Notes under the pieces: model-generated
What the model was told of the DNA's origin: nothing
Seen by the model: the letters and a program-made list of their open reading frames with translations, nothing else
Databases searched by the model: none
Source: Escherichia coli
GTDB taxonomy: Bacteria > Pseudomonadota > Gammaproteobacteria > Enterobacterales > Enterobacteriaceae
NCBI RefSeq assembly: GCF_041886205.1
Contig: NZ_CP169029.1
Strand: one strand, 5' to 3'
DNA: 64,000 bases
Shown here: piece by piece, positions 22,598 to 36,494 of the stretch
How the letters are laid out: every line of letters begins with the position of its first letter
Position numbering within the stretch: position 1 is the stretch's first letter
Program-made: the position numbers and the translations under genes

Positions 22598-22632
22598 GGC
22601 TGATCGGACTTGTTCGGCGTACAAGTGTACGC
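22598..22632 (+). promoter_or_regulatory. fabB promoter: FadR activator site (22598-22615) abutting FabR palindrome (22617-22632)
   Basis: ggctgatcggacttgttc resembles FadR site; gcgtaca-ag-tgtacgc is a perfect palindrome; about 50-80 nt upstream of fabB ATG. Confidence 0.65.
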
Positions 22633-22680
22633 TATTGTGCATTCGAAACTTACTCTATGTGCGACTTACAGAGGTATTGA

Positions 22681-23901
22681 ATGAAACGTGCAGTGATTAC
22701 TGGCCTGGGCATTGTTTCCAGCATCGGTAATAACCAGCAGGAAGTCCTGGCATCTCTGCGTGAAGGACGTTCAGGGATCACTTTCTCTCAGGAGCTGAAG
22801 GATTCCGGCATGCGTAGCCACGTCTGGGGCAACGTAAAACTGGATACCACTGGCCTCATTGACCGCAAAGTTGTGCGCTTTATGAGCGACGCATCCATTT
22901 ATGCATTCCTTTCTATGGAGCAGGCAATCGCTGATGCGGGCCTCTCTCCGGAAGCTTACCAGAATAACCCGCGCGTTGGCCTGATTGCAGGTTCCGGCGG
23001 CGGCTCCCCGCGTTTCCAGGTGTTCGGCGCTGACGCAATGCGCGGCCCGCGCGGCCTGAAAGCGGTTGGCCCGTATGTGGTCACCAAAGCGATGGCATCC
23101 GGCGTTTCTGCCTGCCTCGCCACCCCGTTTAAAATTCATGGCGTTAACTACTCCATCAGCTCCGCGTGTGCGACTTCCGCACACTGTATCGGTAACGCAG
23201 TAGAGCAGATCCAACTGGGCAAACAGGACATCGTGTTTGCTGGCGGCGGCGAAGAGCTGTGCTGGGAAATGGCTTGCGAATTCGACGCAATGGGTGCGCT
23301 GTCTACTAAATACAACGACACCCCGGAAAAAGCCTCCCGTACTTACGACGCTCACCGTGACGGTTTCGTTATCGCTGGCGGCGGCGGTATGGTAGTGGTT
23401 GAAGAGCTGGAACACGCGCTGGCGCGTGGTGCTCACATCTATGCTGAAATCGTTGGCTACGGCGCAACCTCTGATGGTGCAGACATGGTTGCTCCGTCTG
23501 GCGAAGGCGCAGTACGTTGTATGCAGATGGCGATGCATGGCGTTGATACCCCAATCGACTACCTGAACTCCCACGGTACTTCGACTCCGGTTGGCGATGT
23601 GAAAGAGCTGGCAGCTATCCGTGAAGTGTTCGGCGATAAGAGCCCGGCGATTTCTGCAACCAAAGCCATGACCGGTCACTCACTGGGCGCTGCAGGTGTG
23701 CAGGAAGCTATCTACTCTCTGCTGATGCTGGAACACGGCTTTATCGCCCCGAGCATCAACATTGAAGAGCTGGACGAGCAGGCTGCGGGTCTGAACATCG
23801 TGACCGAAACGACCGATCGCGAACTTACCACCGTTATGTCTAACAGCTTCGGCTTCGGCGGCACCAACGCCACGCTGGTAATGCGCAAGCTGAAAGATTA
23901 A
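22681..23901 (+). CDS. fabB: 3-oxoacyl-ACP synthase I FabB
   Basis: 406-aa [25 protein letters not shown]... Confidence 0.95.
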   Translation: MKRAVITGLGIVSSIGNNQQEVLASLREGRSGITFSQELKDSGMRSHVWGNVKLDTTGLIDRKVVRFMSDASIYAFLSMEQAIADAGLSPEAYQNNPRVGLIAGSGGGSPRFQVFGADAMRGPRGLKAVGPYVVTKAMASGVSACLATPFKIHGVNYSISSACATSAHCIGNAVEQIQLGKQDIVFAGGGEELCWEMACEFDAMGALSTKYNDTPEKASRTYDAHRDGFVIAGGGGMVVVEELEHALARGAHIYAEIVGYGATSDGADMVAPSGEGAVRCMQMAMHGVDTPIDYLNSHGTSTPVGDVKELAAIREVFGDKSPAISATKAMTGHSLGAAGVQEAIYSLLMLEHGFIAPSINIEELDEQAAGLNIVTETTDRELTTVMSNSFGFGGTNATLVMRKLKD

Positions 23902-23907
23902 TTCGCA

Positions 23908-23943
23908 GTAGGTCGGAGTAGACGCGCCAGCGTCGCATCCGAC
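23908..23943. repeat. REP-like palindromic element after fabB
   Basis: gtaggtcggagtagacgcgccagcgtcgcatccgac. Confidence 0.55.
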
Positions 23944-23980
23944 GTTACGCGCCAATGCGGCCTCCGGCACTAACACAAAA

Positions 23981-24004
23981 GGGAACCCGATGGTTCCCTT
24001 TTTC
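23981..24004 (+). terminator. Rho-independent terminator of fabB
   Basis: gggaacc-cgat-ggttccc followed by ttttt. Confidence 0.8.
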
Positions 24005-24162
24005 ACATCATTGACAATCGCCACCAGTTCCAGGCAAACTTCCCGCTTTGTCGATTTCCTTCTGAAAAGACGTACGCGTTAAATCCTGCCAACGCACCGT
24101 AACCCTGAAACCAGAGAGATGAGACGGGGATACTCCTCGCCTTGCGCTGCATTCTGGAGTAA

Positions 24163-26336
<2,174 letters not shown>

Positions 26337-26434
26337 TACGTATCCTTATACCTGAAATCTTCGCAAGTATGCCTGGCCGCGAGATTATGGCACACTTGTC
26401 CGGTTAACTCTCGTCTCATACAGGTAACACAAAC

Positions 26435-27571
26435 GTGAAAATCCTTGTTGATGAAAATATGCCTTATGCCCGCGACTTATTTAGCCGTTTGGGTGAGGTG
26501 ACCGCGGTTCCCGGGCGTCCAATCCCCGTCGCTCAACTGGCAGACGCGGATGCGCTGATGGTGCGTTCGGTCACGAAAGTGAATGAATCTTTGCTGGCAG
26601 GAAAACCCATTAAATTTGTTGGCACTGCCACTGCGGGGACCGACCATGTCGATGAAGCATGGTTGAAGCAGGCGGGAATTGGTTTTTCCGCTGCACCTGG
26701 CTGTAATGCGATTGCGGTGGTGGAATATGTTTTCTCCTCCCTGCTGATGCTTGCCGAACGCGATGGATTTTCACTGTACGACCGTACGGTGGGGATCGTG
26801 GGCGTTGGTAACGTTGGACGTCGATTGCAGGCGCGACTGGAAGCGTTAGGGATTAAAACCTTACTTTGCGATCCGCCTCGCGCCGACCGTGGGGATGAGG
26901 GTGATTTCCGCTCGCTGGATGAGTTAGTCCAGCGCGCGGATATTCTGACTTTCCATACGCCACTCTTTAAAGATGGTCCGTACAAAACGCTACATCTGGC
27001 GGATGAAAAACTGATCCGTAGCCTGAAGCCCGGAGCGATTCTGATTAACGCCTGCCGTGGCGCAGTCGTCGATAATACTGCGTTGCTGACCTGCCTGAAT
27101 GAAGGCCAGAAGTTAAGCGTAGTGCTGGATGTCTGGGAAGGCGAACCGGAACTCAACGTCGAGCTGCTGAAAAAAGTGGATATCGGCACGCCGCATATCG
27201 CAGGCTATACCCTGGAAGGTAAAGCACGCGGTACTACGCAAGTGTTTGAAGCTTATAGCAAGTTTATTGGGCATGAACAGCACGTTGCGCTGGATACATT
27301 ACTGCCTGCGCCAGAGTTTGGTCGCATTACGCTGCATGGCCCGCTCGATCAACCGACGCTGAAAAGGCTGGTGCATTTGGTGTATGATGTGCGCCGCGAT
27401 GACGCACCGCTGCGTAAAGTCGCCGGGATACCGGGTGAGTTCGATAAACTGCGCAAAAACTATCTTGAGCGCCGTGAATGGTCATCTCTGTATGTAATTT
27501 GTGATGACGCCAGTGCGGCATCATTGCTGTGTAAACTGGGTTTTAACGCCGTTCATCATCCGGCACGTTAA
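26435..27571 (+). CDS. pdxB: Erythronate-4-phosphate dehydrogenase PdxB
   Basis: 378-aa ORF, GTG start, [16 protein letters not shown]... Confidence 0.95.
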   Translation: MKILVDENMPYARDLFSRLGEVTAVPGRPIPVAQLADADALMVRSVTKVNESLLAGKPIKFVGTATAGTDHVDEAWLKQAGIGFSAAPGCNAIAVVEYVFSSLLMLAERDGFSLYDRTVGIVGVGNVGRRLQARLEALGIKTLLCDPPRADRGDEGDFRSLDELVQRADILTFHTPLFKDGPYKTLHLADEKLIRSLKPGAILINACRGAVVDNTALLTCLNEGQKLSVVLDVWEGEPELNVELLKKVDIGTPHIAGYTLEGKARGTTQVFEAYSKFIGHEQHVALDTLLPAPEFGRITLHGPLDQPTLKRLVHLVYDVRRDDAPLRKVAGIPGEFDKLRKNYLERREWSSLYVICDDASAASLLCKLGFNAVHHPAR

Positions 27572-27636
27572 TCTCTTCTTCATGCTCTCTGCTGTAACAT
27601 TGGCAGGGAGCTTTGCTATTTCTGGAGTAAACCACC

Positions 27637-28650
27637 ATGTCTGAAGGCTGGAACATTGCCGTCCTGGGCGCAACTGGCGCTGTGGGCGAAGCCCTGCTTG
27701 AAACGCTGGCTGAACGTCAGTTCCCGGTTGGGGAAATTTATGCACTGGCACGTAACGAAAGCGCAGGCGAACAACTGCGCTTTGGTGGTAAGACAATCAC
27801 CGTGCAGGATGCCGCTGAATTCGACTGGACGCAGGCGCAGCTGGCATTTTTTGTCGCAGGCAAAGAAGCTACCGCTGCCTGGGTTGAAGAAGCGACCAAC
27901 TCAGGTTGCCTGGTGATCGACAGCAGTGGATTGTTTGCTCTCGAACCCGACGTACCGCTGGTGGTGCCGGAAGTAAACCCGTTTGTACTGACAGATTACC
28001 GGAACCGGAATGTCATCGCCGTACCAGACAGTCTGACCAGCCAGCTGCTGGCGGCACTGAAACCGTTAATCGATCAGGGCGGTTTATCACGTATCAGCGT
28101 TACCAGCCTGATTTCAGCCTCCGCCCAGGGCAAAAAAGCGGTCGATGCGTTAGCGGGGCAGAGTGCGAAATTGCTCAACGGCATTCCGATTGACGAAGAA
28201 GATTTCTTCGGGCGTCAGCTGGCGTTCAACATGCTGCCGTTACTGCCGGATAGCGAAGGTAGCGTGCGTGAAGAACGTCGTATCGTTGACGAAGTACGCA
28301 AAATCCTGCAGGACGAAGGGCTGATGATTTCGGCTAGCGTCGTCCAGGCACCGGTATTCTACGGTCATGCCCAGATGGTCAACTTTGAAGCTCTGCGTCC
28401 ACTGGCAGCAGAAGAAGCGCGTGATGCGTTTGTTCAAGGCGAAGATATTGTGCTCTCTGAAGAGAACGAATTCCCAACTCAGGTAGGTGATGCTTCGGGT
28501 ACGCCGCATCTTTCTGTTGGCTGCGTGCGTAATGACTACGGTATGCCGGAGCAAGTCCAGTTCTGGTCGGTGGCCGATAACGTTCGCTTTGGCGGCGCGC
28601 TGATGGCAGTAAAAATCGCCGAGAAACTGGTGCAGGAGTATCTGTACTAA
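27637..28650 (+). CDS. usg: Aspartate-semialdehyde dehydrogenase homolog Usg
   Basis: 337-aa [20 protein letters not shown]... Confidence 0.9.
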
Positions 28651-29462
28651 TGTCCGACCAGCAACAACTGCCAGTTTATAAAATTGCGCTGGGCATTGAG
28701 TACGACGGCAGTAAGTATTACGGCTGGCAACGGCAGAATGAAGTCCGCAGTGTGCAGGAGAAGCTGGAAAAGGCGCTCTCCCAGGTGGCGAACGAACCCA
28801 TCACCGTCTTCTGCGCCGGGCGTACTGACGCAGGGGTACACGGTACCGGGCAAGTGGTGCATTTCGAAACAACCGCGCAGCGCAAAGACGCGGCGTGGAC
28901 CTTGGGCGTAAATGCGAATTTACCTGGTGACATCGCCGTGCGTTGGGTTAAAGCTGTACCTGATGATTTTCATGCCCGATTTAGCGCCACGGCTCGCCGT
29001 TATCGCTACATCATCTACAATCATCGGCTGCGCCCGGCGGTACTGAGTAAAGGGGTAACCCATTTTTACGAACCGCTGGACGCTGAACGGATGCATAGGG
29101 CTGCGCAATGCTTGCTGGGCGAGAATGATTTCACCTCGTTCCGTGCGGTGCAGTGCCAGTCCCGAACCCCGTGGCGCAACGTTATGCATATTAATGTCAC
29201 GCGTCACGGTCCTTATGTGGTGGTAGATATCAAAGCGAATGCCTTTGTACATCATATGGTCAGGAATATTGTCGGCAGCCTGATGGAAGTCGGTGCCCAC
29301 AACCAGCCGGAGAGCTGGATAGCAGAGTTGCTGGCGGCAAAGGACAGAACGCTGGCGGCAGCAACGGCAAAAGCGGAAGGGCTGTATCTGGTCGCGGTGG
29401 ATTACCCTGACCGGTATGATCTTCCAAAACCGCCAATGGGCCCGCTATTTCTGGCGGACTAA
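28650..29462 (+). CDS. truA: tRNA pseudouridine synthase TruA
   Basis: 270-aa ORF, start overlaps usg stop. Confidence 0.95.
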   Translation: MSDQQQLPVYKIALGIEYDGSKYYGWQRQNEVRSVQEKLEKALSQVANEPITVFCAGRTDAGVHGTGQVVHFETTAQRKDAAWTLGVNANLPGDIAVRWVKAVPDDFHARFSATARRYRYIIYNHRLRPAVLSKGVTHFYEPLDAERMHRAAQCLLGENDFTSFRAVQCQSRTPWRNVMHINVTRHGPYVVVDIKANAFVHHMVRNIVGSLMEVGAHNQPESWIAELLAAKDRTLAAATAKAEGLYLVAVDYPDRYDLPKPPMGPLFLAD

Positions 29463-29544
29463 CGAGAATAATGCTCGGAACATTTCAGGCTGTAGCCAAC
29501 GTAGTTACAGCCTGAAAGATGACGAGTACAAGGCATAGGCAAAT

Positions 29545-30204
29545 ATGGACCTGATTTATTTCCTCATCGATTTTATCCTGCACATTGACGTGCATCTGGC
29601 AGAGCTGGTCGCGGAGTACGGCGTCTGGGTTTATGCCATTCTGTTTTTGATTCTGTTCTGCGAAACGGGGCTGGTGGTAACGCCATTCCTGCCTGGTGAT
29701 TCGCTGCTGTTTGTTGCTGGTGCATTGGCGTCGCTGGAAACTAACGATCTCAATGTCCATATGATGGTGGTGCTTATGTTGATTGCCGCTATTGTCGGTG
29801 ATGCAGTGAACTATACCATTGGACGGTTATTTGGTGACAAACTGTTCAGTAACCCGGATTCGAAAATCTTTCGTCGCAGTTATCTTGATAAGACTCATCA
29901 GTTTTACGAGAGACATGGCGGCAAAACGATTATTCTCGCCCGTTTTGTACCGATCGTCAGAACGTTCGCGCCGTTTGTTGCGGGAATGGGCCACATGTCG
30001 TACCGTCATTTCGCCGCTTATAACGTGATCGGCGCACTGTTGTGGGTACTGATTTTTACCTACGCGGGTTATTTCTTCGGCACGCTCCCCTTCATTCAGA
30101 GCAACCTTAAGCTGATGATTGTTGGCATTATTTTTGTTTCAATATTGCCTGGGGTTTTCGAATTTATTCGTCACAAACGCGCTGCGGCACGCGCCGCAAA
30201 ATAA
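29545..30204 (+). CDS. dedA: DedA family inner membrane protein
   Basis: 219-aa membrane ORF. Confidence 0.9.
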   Translation: MDLIYFLIDFILHIDVHLAELVAEYGVWVYAILFLILFCETGLVVTPFLPGDSLLFVAGALASLETNDLNVHMMVVLMLIAAIVGDAVNYTIGRLFGDKLFSNPDSKIFRRSYLDKTHQFYERHGGKTIILARFVPIVRTFAPFVAGMGHMSYRHFAAYNVIGALLWVLIFTYAGYFFGTLPFIQSNLKLMIVGIIFVSILPGVFEFIRHKRAAARAAK

Positions 30205-30359
30205 AAAGTAACTCCGCGGTTCGACCACTTTTTTATCCAAAGTTTCGGGCTGTTATGTTTTAATGTGCAACATTCATGGTCTGTTGGGGGCAAAAATGGC
30301 ATTATGCGTCCCCAAAGATAAAACTGGCATCGAACCAGGTTCAGACAGAAAGGTCCCTA

Positions 30360-31274
30360 ATGAGCTGGATTGAACGAATTAAAAGCAACATTACTCCCAC
30401 CCGCAAGGCGAGCATTCCTGAAGGGGTGTGGACTAAGTGTGATAGCTGCGGTCAGGTTTTATACCGCGCTGAGCTGGAACGTAATCTTGAGGTCTGTCCG
30501 AAGTGTGACCATCACATGCGTATGACAGCGCGTAATCGCCTGCATAGCCTGTTAGATGAAGGAAGCCTTGTGGAGCTGGGTAGCGAGCTTGAGCCGAAAG
30601 ATGTGCTGAAGTTTCGTGACTCCAAGAAGTATAAAGACCGTCTGGCTTCTGCGCAGAAAGAAACCGGCGAAAAAGATGCGCTGGTGGTGATGAAAGGCAC
30701 TCTGTATGGAATGCCGGTTGTCGCTGCGGCATTCGAGTTCGCCTTTATGGGCGGTTCAATGGGGTCTGTGGTAGGTGCACGTTTCGTGCGTGCCGTTGAG
30801 CAGGCGCTGGAAGATAACTGCCCGCTGATCTGCTTCTCCGCCTCTGGTGGCGCACGTATGCAGGAAGCACTGATGTCGCTGATGCAGATGGCGAAAACCT
30901 CTGCGGCACTGGCAAAAATGCAGGAGCGCGGCTTGCCGTACATCTCCGTGCTGACCGACCCGACGATGGGCGGTGTTTCTGCAAGTTTCGCCATGCTGGG
31001 CGATCTCAACATCGCTGAACCGAAAGCGTTAATCGGCTTTGCCGGTCCGCGTGTTATCGAACAGACCGTTCGCGAAAAACTGCCGCCAGGATTCCAGCGC
31101 AGTGAATTCCTGATCGAGAAAGGCGCGATCGACATGATCGTCCGTCGTCCGGAAATGCGCCTGAAACTGGCGAGCATTCTGGCGAAGTTGATGAATCTGC
31201 CAGCGCCAAATCCTGAAGCGCCGCGTGAAGGCGTAGTGGTACCCCCGGTACCGGATCAGGAACCTGAGGCCTGA
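30360..31274 (+). CDS. accD: Acetyl-CoA carboxylase carboxyltransferase beta subunit AccD
   Basis: [32 protein letters not shown]... with Zn-finger CxxC-N-CxxC; ORF track start 30276 rejected. Confidence 0.95.
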
Positions 31275-31282
31275 TAACTGAT

Positions 31283-31312
31283 AAGGGCAGGGCCACTGGC
31301 TCTGCCCTTTTG
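31283..31312 (+). terminator. Terminator after accD
   Basis: aagggcag-loop-ctgccctt followed by T-rich stretch. Confidence 0.65.
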
Positions 31313-31343
31313 CTATTCTCACCGTAACGAATCAGCGGATACC

Positions 31344-32612
31344 ATGATTATCAAACGCACTCCTCAAGCCGCGTCGCCTCTGGCTTCGTGGCTTTCTTAT
31401 CTGGAAAACCTGCACAGTAAAACTATCGATCTCGGCCTTGAGCGCGTGAGCCAGGTCGCGGCGCGTCTTGGCGTTCTGAAACCAGCGCCATTTGTGTTTA
31501 CCGTTGCGGGTACGAATGGCAAAGGCACCACCTGCCGTACGCTGGAGTCGATTCTGATGGCGGCAGGGTACAAAGTAGGCGTTTACAGTTCGCCGCATCT
31601 GGTGCGTTATACCGAGCGCGTTCGTGTGCAGGGCCAGGAATTGCCGGAATCGGCCCACACCGCCTCTTTTGCGGAGATTGAATCGGCACGCGGTGATATT
31701 TCCCTGACCTATTTCGAGTACGGTACGCTGTCGGCGTTGTGGCTGTTCAAACAGGCACAACTTGACGTAGTGATTCTGGAAGTAGGGCTGGGCGGTCGTC
31801 TGGACGCAACCAATATTGTCGATGCCGATGTGGCTGTAGTAACCAGCATTGCGCTGGATCATACCGACTGGCTGGGGCCAGATCGCGAAAGTATTGGTCG
31901 CGAGAAAGCAGGCATCTTTCGCAGCGAAAAACCGGCAATTGTCGGTGAGCCGGAAATGCCTTCTACCATTGCTGATGTGGCGCAGGAAAAAGGTGCACTG
32001 TTACAACGTCGGGGCGTTGAGTGGAACTATTCCGTCACCGATCATGACTGGACGTTTAGCGATGCTCACGGCACGCTGGAAAACCTGCCGTTGCCGCTTG
32101 TCCCGCAACCGAATGCCGCAACGGCGCTGGCGGCACTGCGTGCCAGCGGGCTGGAGGTCAGTGAAAATGCCATTCGCGACGGGATTGCCAGCGCAATTTT
32201 GCCGGGACGTTTCCAGATTGTGAGCGAGTCGCCACGCGTTATTTTTGATGTCGCGCATAATCCACATGCGGCGGAATATCTCACCGGGCGTATGAAAGCG
32301 CTACCGAAAAACGGGCGCGTGCTGGCGGTTATCGGTATGCTACATGATAAAGATATTGCCGGAACTCTGGCCTGGTTGAAAAGCGTGGTTGATGACTGGT
32401 ATTGTGCGCCCCTGGAAGGGCCGCGCGGTGCCACGGCAGAACAACTGCTTGAGCATTTGGGTAACGGCAAATCATTTGATAGCGTTGCGCAGGCATGGGA
32501 TGCTGCAATGGCGGACGCTAAAGCGGAAGACACCGTGCTGGTGTGTGGTTCTTTCCACACGGTCGCACATGTCATGGAAGTGATTGACGCGAGGAGAAGC
32601 GGTGGCAAGTAA
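31344..32612 (+). CDS. folC: Dihydrofolate synthase / folylpolyglutamate synthase FolC
   Basis: 422-aa ORF MIIKRTPQAASPLASWLSYLENLH... Confidence 0.95.
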   Translation: MIIKRTPQAASPLASWLSYLENLHSKTIDLGLERVSQVAARLGVLKPAPFVFTVAGTNGKGTTCRTLESILMAAGYKVGVYSSPHLVRYTERVRVQGQELPESAHTASFAEIESARGDISLTYFEYGTLSALWLFKQAQLDVVILEVGLGGRLDATNIVDADVAVVTSIALDHTDWLGPDRESIGREKAGIFRSEKPAIVGEPEMPSTIADVAQEKGALLQRRGVEWNYSVTDHDWTFSDAHGTLENLPLPLVPQPNAATALAALRASGLEVSENAIRDGIASAILPGRFQIVSESPRVIFDVAHNPHAAEYLTGRMKALPKNGRVLAVIGMLHDKDIAGTLAWLKSVVDDWYCAPLEGPRGATAEQLLEHLGNGKSFDSVAQAWDAAMADAKAEDTVLVCGSFHTVAHVMEVIDARRSGGK

Positions 32613-33264
32613 GTTTCAGAATCGGTTAGTGGGCACGATCGTGCTGGTGGCGCTGGGGGTGATTGTACTTCCAGGGCTGCTGGACGGGCAGAAAAAACAT
32701 TATCAGGATGAGTTTGCGGCTATCCCGCTGGTTCCAAAAGCGGGCGATCGCGATGAGCCTGATATGATGCCAGCCGCCACCCAGGCGTTGCCGACGCAGC
32801 CGCCGGAAGGCGCAGCGGAAGAGGTGCGGGCAGGTGATGCCGCAGCACCGTCGCTCGATCCGGCCACTATTGCAGCCAATAACACCGAGTTTGAACCGGA
32901 ACCTGCACCGGTCGCCCCACCGAAGCCGAAACCGGTGGAGCCGCCTAAACCAAAGGTTGAAGCACCACCTGCGCCGAAGCCAGAACCGAAGCCGGTCGTG
33001 GAAGAAAAAGCTGCACCGACGGGTAAAGCCTATGTTGTGCAACTGGGTGCGCTGAAAAATGCCGATAAAGTGAATGAGATTGTCGGTAAGCTGCGCGGTG
33101 CCGGTTATCGGGTTTATACGTCGCCATCCACGCCAGTGCAGGGTAAAATTACCCGTATTCTGGTTGGGCCGGATGCCTCGAAAGATAAGCTGAAAGGTTC
33201 GCTGGGTGAGTTGAAGCAACTTTCTGGCTTAAGTGGCGTGGTAATGGGCTATACGCCGAATTAA
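32602..33264 (+). CDS. dedD: SPOR-domain cell division protein DedD
   Basis: GTG start giving MASKFQNRLVGTIVLVALG...; SD gaggag; overlaps folC end by 11 nt. Confidence 0.9.
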   Translation: MASKFQNRLVGTIVLVALGVIVLPGLLDGQKKHYQDEFAAIPLVPKAGDRDEPDMMPAATQALPTQPPEGAAEEVRAGDAAAPSLDPATIAANNTEFEPEPAPVAPPKPKPVEPPKPKVEAPPAPKPEPKPVVEEKAAPTGKAYVVQLGALKNADKVNEIVGKLRGAGYRVYTSPSTPVQGKITRILVGPDASKDKLKGSLGELKQLSGLSGVVMGYTPN

Positions 33265-33273
33265 TACGGTCTT

Positions 33274-33358
33274 GCCTGATGCGACGCTGGCGTGTCTTAT
33301 CAGGCCTGGGCAGGGGTAGAACCGTAGGCCGGATAAGGCGTTTACGCCGCATCCGACA
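33274..33358. repeat. REP pair (BIME) after dedD
   Basis: gcctgatgcgacgctggcgtgtcttatcaggcc and gtaggccggataaggcgtttacgccgcatccgaca in inverted orientation. Confidence 0.8.
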
Positions 33359-33450
33359 CGCATTGCACGATGCCGCAAAGGCATAAAAAGTCGATGGCGT
33401 TGAATATTTTTTCAGCGCCATTTTTATTGATGCGCGGGAAGGAAATCCCT

Positions 33451-33466
33451 ACGCAAACGTTTTCTT
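33451..33466 (+). promoter_or_regulatory. PurR operator (PUR box) in cvpA-purF promoter
   Basis: acgcaaacgttttctt matches PurR box; followed by tagaat -10-like hexamer at 33473-33478. Confidence 0.7.
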
Positions 33467-33522
33467 TTTCTGTTAGAATGCGCCCCGAACAGGATGACAG
33501 GGCGTAAAATCGTGGGACACAT

Positions 33523-34011
33523 ATGGTCTGGATTGATTACGCCATAATCGCGGTGATTGCTTTTTCCTCTCTGGTTAGCCTGATCCGCGGCTTTGTTCGT
33601 GAAGCGTTATCGCTGGTGACATGGGGTTGTGCTTTCTTTGTTGCCAGTCATTACTACACTTACCTGTCAGTCTGGTTTACGGGCTTTGAAGACGAACTGG
33701 TTCGAAATGGGATTGCCATCGCGGTACTGTTTATCGCTACCCTGATCGTTGGTGCTATCGTGAACTTCGTGATAGGCCAGCTGGTGGAGAAAACGGGGTT
33801 GTCAGGCACCGATCGGGTGCTGGGCGTCTGTTTCGGTGCGTTGCGCGGTGTGTTGATTGTTGCTGCCATTCTCTTCTTTCTCGACTCCTTTACCGGGGTG
33901 TCGAAAAGCGAAGACTGGAGCAAATCACAGCTGATCCCGCAGTTCAGTTTTATCATCAGATGGTTTTTTGATTATCTGCAAAGCTCGTCAAGTTTCTTGC
34001 CCAGAGCGTAA
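33523..34011 (+). CDS. cvpA: Colicin V production membrane protein CvpA
   Basis: 162-aa membrane ORF upstream of purF. Confidence 0.9.
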   Translation: MVWIDYAIIAVIAFSSLVSLIRGFVREALSLVTWGCAFFVASHYYTYLSVWFTGFEDELVRNGIAIAVLFIATLIVGAIVNFVIGQLVEKTGLSGTDRVLGVCFGALRGVLIVAAILFFLDSFTGVSKSEDWSKSQLIPQFSFIIRWFFDYLQSSSSFLPRA

Positions 34012-34047
34012 GTGCTCTGAGATGTGGCTTAACGAGGAAAAAGACGT

Positions 34048-35565
34048 ATGTGCGGTATTGTCGGTATCGCCGGTGTTATGCCGGTTAACCAGTCGATTTA
34101 TGATGCCTTAACGGTGCTTCAGCATCGCGGTCAGGATGCCGCCGGCATCATCACCATAGATGCCAATAACTGCTTCCGTTTGCGTAAAGCGAACGGGCTG
34201 GTGAGCGATGTATTTGAAGCTCGCCATATGCAGCGTTTGCAGGGCAATATGGGCATTGGTCATGTGCGTTACCCCACGGCTGGCAGCTCCAGCGCCTCTG
34301 AAGCGCAGCCGTTTTACGTTAACTCCCCGTATGGCATTACGCTTGCCCACAACGGCAATCTGACCAACGCCCACGAGTTGCGTAAAAAACTGTTTGAAGA
34401 AAAACGCCGCCACATCAACACCACTTCCGACTCGGAAATTCTGCTTAATATCTTCGCCAGCGAGCTGGATAACTTCCGCCACTACCCGCTGGAAGCCGAC
34501 AACATTTTCGCCGCCATCGCTGCTACAAACCGCTTAATCCGCGGCGCGTATGCCTGTGTGGCGATGATTATCGGCCACGGTATGGTTGCTTTCCGCGATC
34601 CTAACGGTATTCGTCCGCTGGTACTGGGAAAACGTGATATTGACGAGAACCGTACAGAATATATGGTCGCTTCCGAAAGCGTTGCGCTCGATACGCTGGG
34701 CTTTGATTTCCTGCGTGACGTCGCGCCGGGTGAAGCGATTTACATCACTGAAGAAGGGCAGTTGTTTACCCGTCAATGTGCTGACAATCCGGTCAGCAAT
34801 CCGTGCCTGTTTGAGTATGTATACTTTGCTCGCCCGGACTCGTTCATCGACAAAATTTCCGTTTACAGCGCGCGTGTGAATATGGGCACGAAACTGGGCG
34901 AGAAAATTGCCCGCGAATGGGAAGATCTGGATATCGACGTGGTGATCCCGATCCCAGAAACCTCGTGCGATATCGCGTTGGAAATTGCCCGAATTCTGGG
35001 CAAACCGTACCGCCAGGGCTTTGTTAAAAACCGCTATGTTGGTCGTACCTTCATCATGCCGGGTCAGCAACTGCGTCGTAAGTCCGTGCGCCGTAAACTG
35101 AACGCCAACCGCGCCGAGTTCCGTGATAAAAACGTCCTGCTGGTCGACGACTCCATCGTCCGTGGCACCACTTCTGAGCAGATTATCGAGATGGCACGCG
35201 AAGCCGGAGCGAAGAAAGTGTACCTCGCTTCTGCGGCACCGGAAATTCGCTTCCCGAACGTTTACGGTATTGATATGCCGAGCGCTACGGAACTGATCGC
35301 TCACGGTCGCGAAGTAGATGAAATTCGCCAGATCATCGGTGCTGACGGGTTGATTTTCCAGGATCTGAACGATCTGATCGAAGCCGTTCGCGCTGAAAAC
35401 CCGGATATCCAGCAGTTTGAATGCTCGGTGTTCAACGGCGTCTACGTCACCAAAGATGTTGATCAGGGCTACCTCGATTTCCTCGATACGTTACGTAATG
35501 ATGACGCCAAAGCAGTGCAACGTCAGAACGAAGTGGAAAATCTCGAAATGCATAACGAAGGATGA
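34048..35565 (+). CDS. purF: Amidophosphoribosyltransferase PurF
   Basis: 505-aa [36 protein letters not shown]... Confidence 0.97.
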   Translation: MCGIVGIAGVMPVNQSIYDALTVLQHRGQDAAGIITIDANNCFRLRKANGLVSDVFEARHMQRLQGNMGIGHVRYPTAGSSSASEAQPFYVNSPYGITLAHNGNLTNAHELRKKLFEEKRRHINTTSDSEILLNIFASELDNFRHYPLEADNIFAAIAATNRLIRGAYACVAMIIGHGMVAFRDPNGIRPLVLGKRDIDENRTEYMVASESVALDTLGFDFLRDVAPGEAIYITEEGQLFTRQCADNPVSNPCLFEYVYFARPDSFIDKISVYSARVNMGTKLGEKIAREWEDLDIDVVIPIPETSCDIALEIARILGKPYRQGFVKNRYVGRTFIMPGQQLRRKSVRRKLNANRAEFRDKNVLLVDDSIVRGTTSEQIIEMAREAGAKKVYLASAAPEIRFPNVYGIDMPSATELIAHGREVDEIRQIIGADGLIFQDLNDLIEAVRAENPDIQQFECSVFNGVYVTKDVDQGYLDFLDTLRNDDAKAVQRQNEVENLEMHNEG

Positions 35566-35659
35566 TGCCTTCGCTGAGGGTGCCGGTCTGGCACCCTGAC
35601 TTGCAACTCCCGCCGAAATCCTGCAAAGTCTGCCTGCAAGTCTGACAGGGCAACTATTT

Positions 35660-36229
35660 ATGAAACGACTCATTGTAGGCATCAGCGGTGCCAGCGGCGC
35701 GATTTATGGCGTGCGCTTATTACAGGTTCTGCGCGATGTCACAGATATCGAAACGCATCTGGTGATGAGCCAGGCAGCGCGCCAGACCTTATCCCTCGAA
35801 ACGGATTTTTCTCTGCGCGAAGTGCAGGCATTAGCCGATGTCACGCACGATGCGCGCGATATTGCCGCCAGCATCTCTTCCGGTTCTTTCCAGACGCTGG
35901 GGATGGTGATTTTACCCTGTTCAATCAAAACCCTTTCCGGCATTGTCCATAGCTATACCGATGGTTTACTGACCCGTGCGGCAGATGTGGTGCTGAAAGA
36001 GCGTCGCCCGTTGGTGCTCTGCGTGCGTGAAACACCATTGCACTTAGGCCATCTGCGTTTAATGACTCAGGCGGCAGAAATCGGTGCGGTGATTATGCCT
36101 CCCGTTCCGGCGTTTTATCATCGCCCACAATCCCTTGATGATGTGATAAATCAGACGGTTAATCGTGTTCTTGACCAGTTTGCGATAACCCTTCCTGAAG
36201 ATCTCTTTGCCCGCTGGCAGGGCGCATAA
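35660..36229 (+). CDS. ubiX: Flavin prenyltransferase UbiX
   Basis: 189-aa ORF MKRLIVGISGASGAIYGVRLLQ... Confidence 0.95.
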   Translation: MKRLIVGISGASGAIYGVRLLQVLRDVTDIETHLVMSQAARQTLSLETDFSLREVQALADVTHDARDIAASISSGSFQTLGMVILPCSIKTLSGIVHSYTDGLLTRAADVVLKERRPLVLCVRETPLHLGHLRLMTQAAEIGAVIMPPVPAFYHRPQSLDDVINQTVNRVLDQFAITLPEDLFARWQGA

Positions 36230-36410
36230 CTCCGCTGTTGCCCTGTTTCAGGGCAATTTTGCAACCGCGATCAAATCCTCGACATTTTGTTTCTGCCATT
36301 CAATCGAAACGCTGCGATTCAACCGCTATACCTGCTATCTTCAACTTCAGGACAATAATGCAACGTCTTATTAACATATTTAACGTTGAATGTTACTGTT
36401 GTCGTCAAGA

Positions 36411-36426
36411 TGGCATAAGACCTGCA
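36411..36426 (+). promoter_or_regulatory. sigma54-type -24/-12 promoter upstream of argT
   Basis: TGGCAT-N5-CTGCA with GG and GC separated by exactly 10 nt, about 70 nt upstream of argT ATG. Confidence 0.6.
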
Positions 36427-36494
36427 TGAAAGAGCCTGCAAACACACAACACAATACACAACATAAAAAAGCCATTTTCACTTGAGGGTTATGT

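Noticed and set aside
22771..23679. 302-aa minus-strand ORF antisense to fabB
   Set aside because: Fully embedded in fabB; low-complexity translation; no RBS; antisense artefact.
29483..29517. 12-bp inverted repeat (tttcaggctgta / tacagcctgaaa) between truA and dedA
   Set aside because: No U-tract on either strand, so not a convincing terminator; possibly an RNA structure, but I could not support a specific role.
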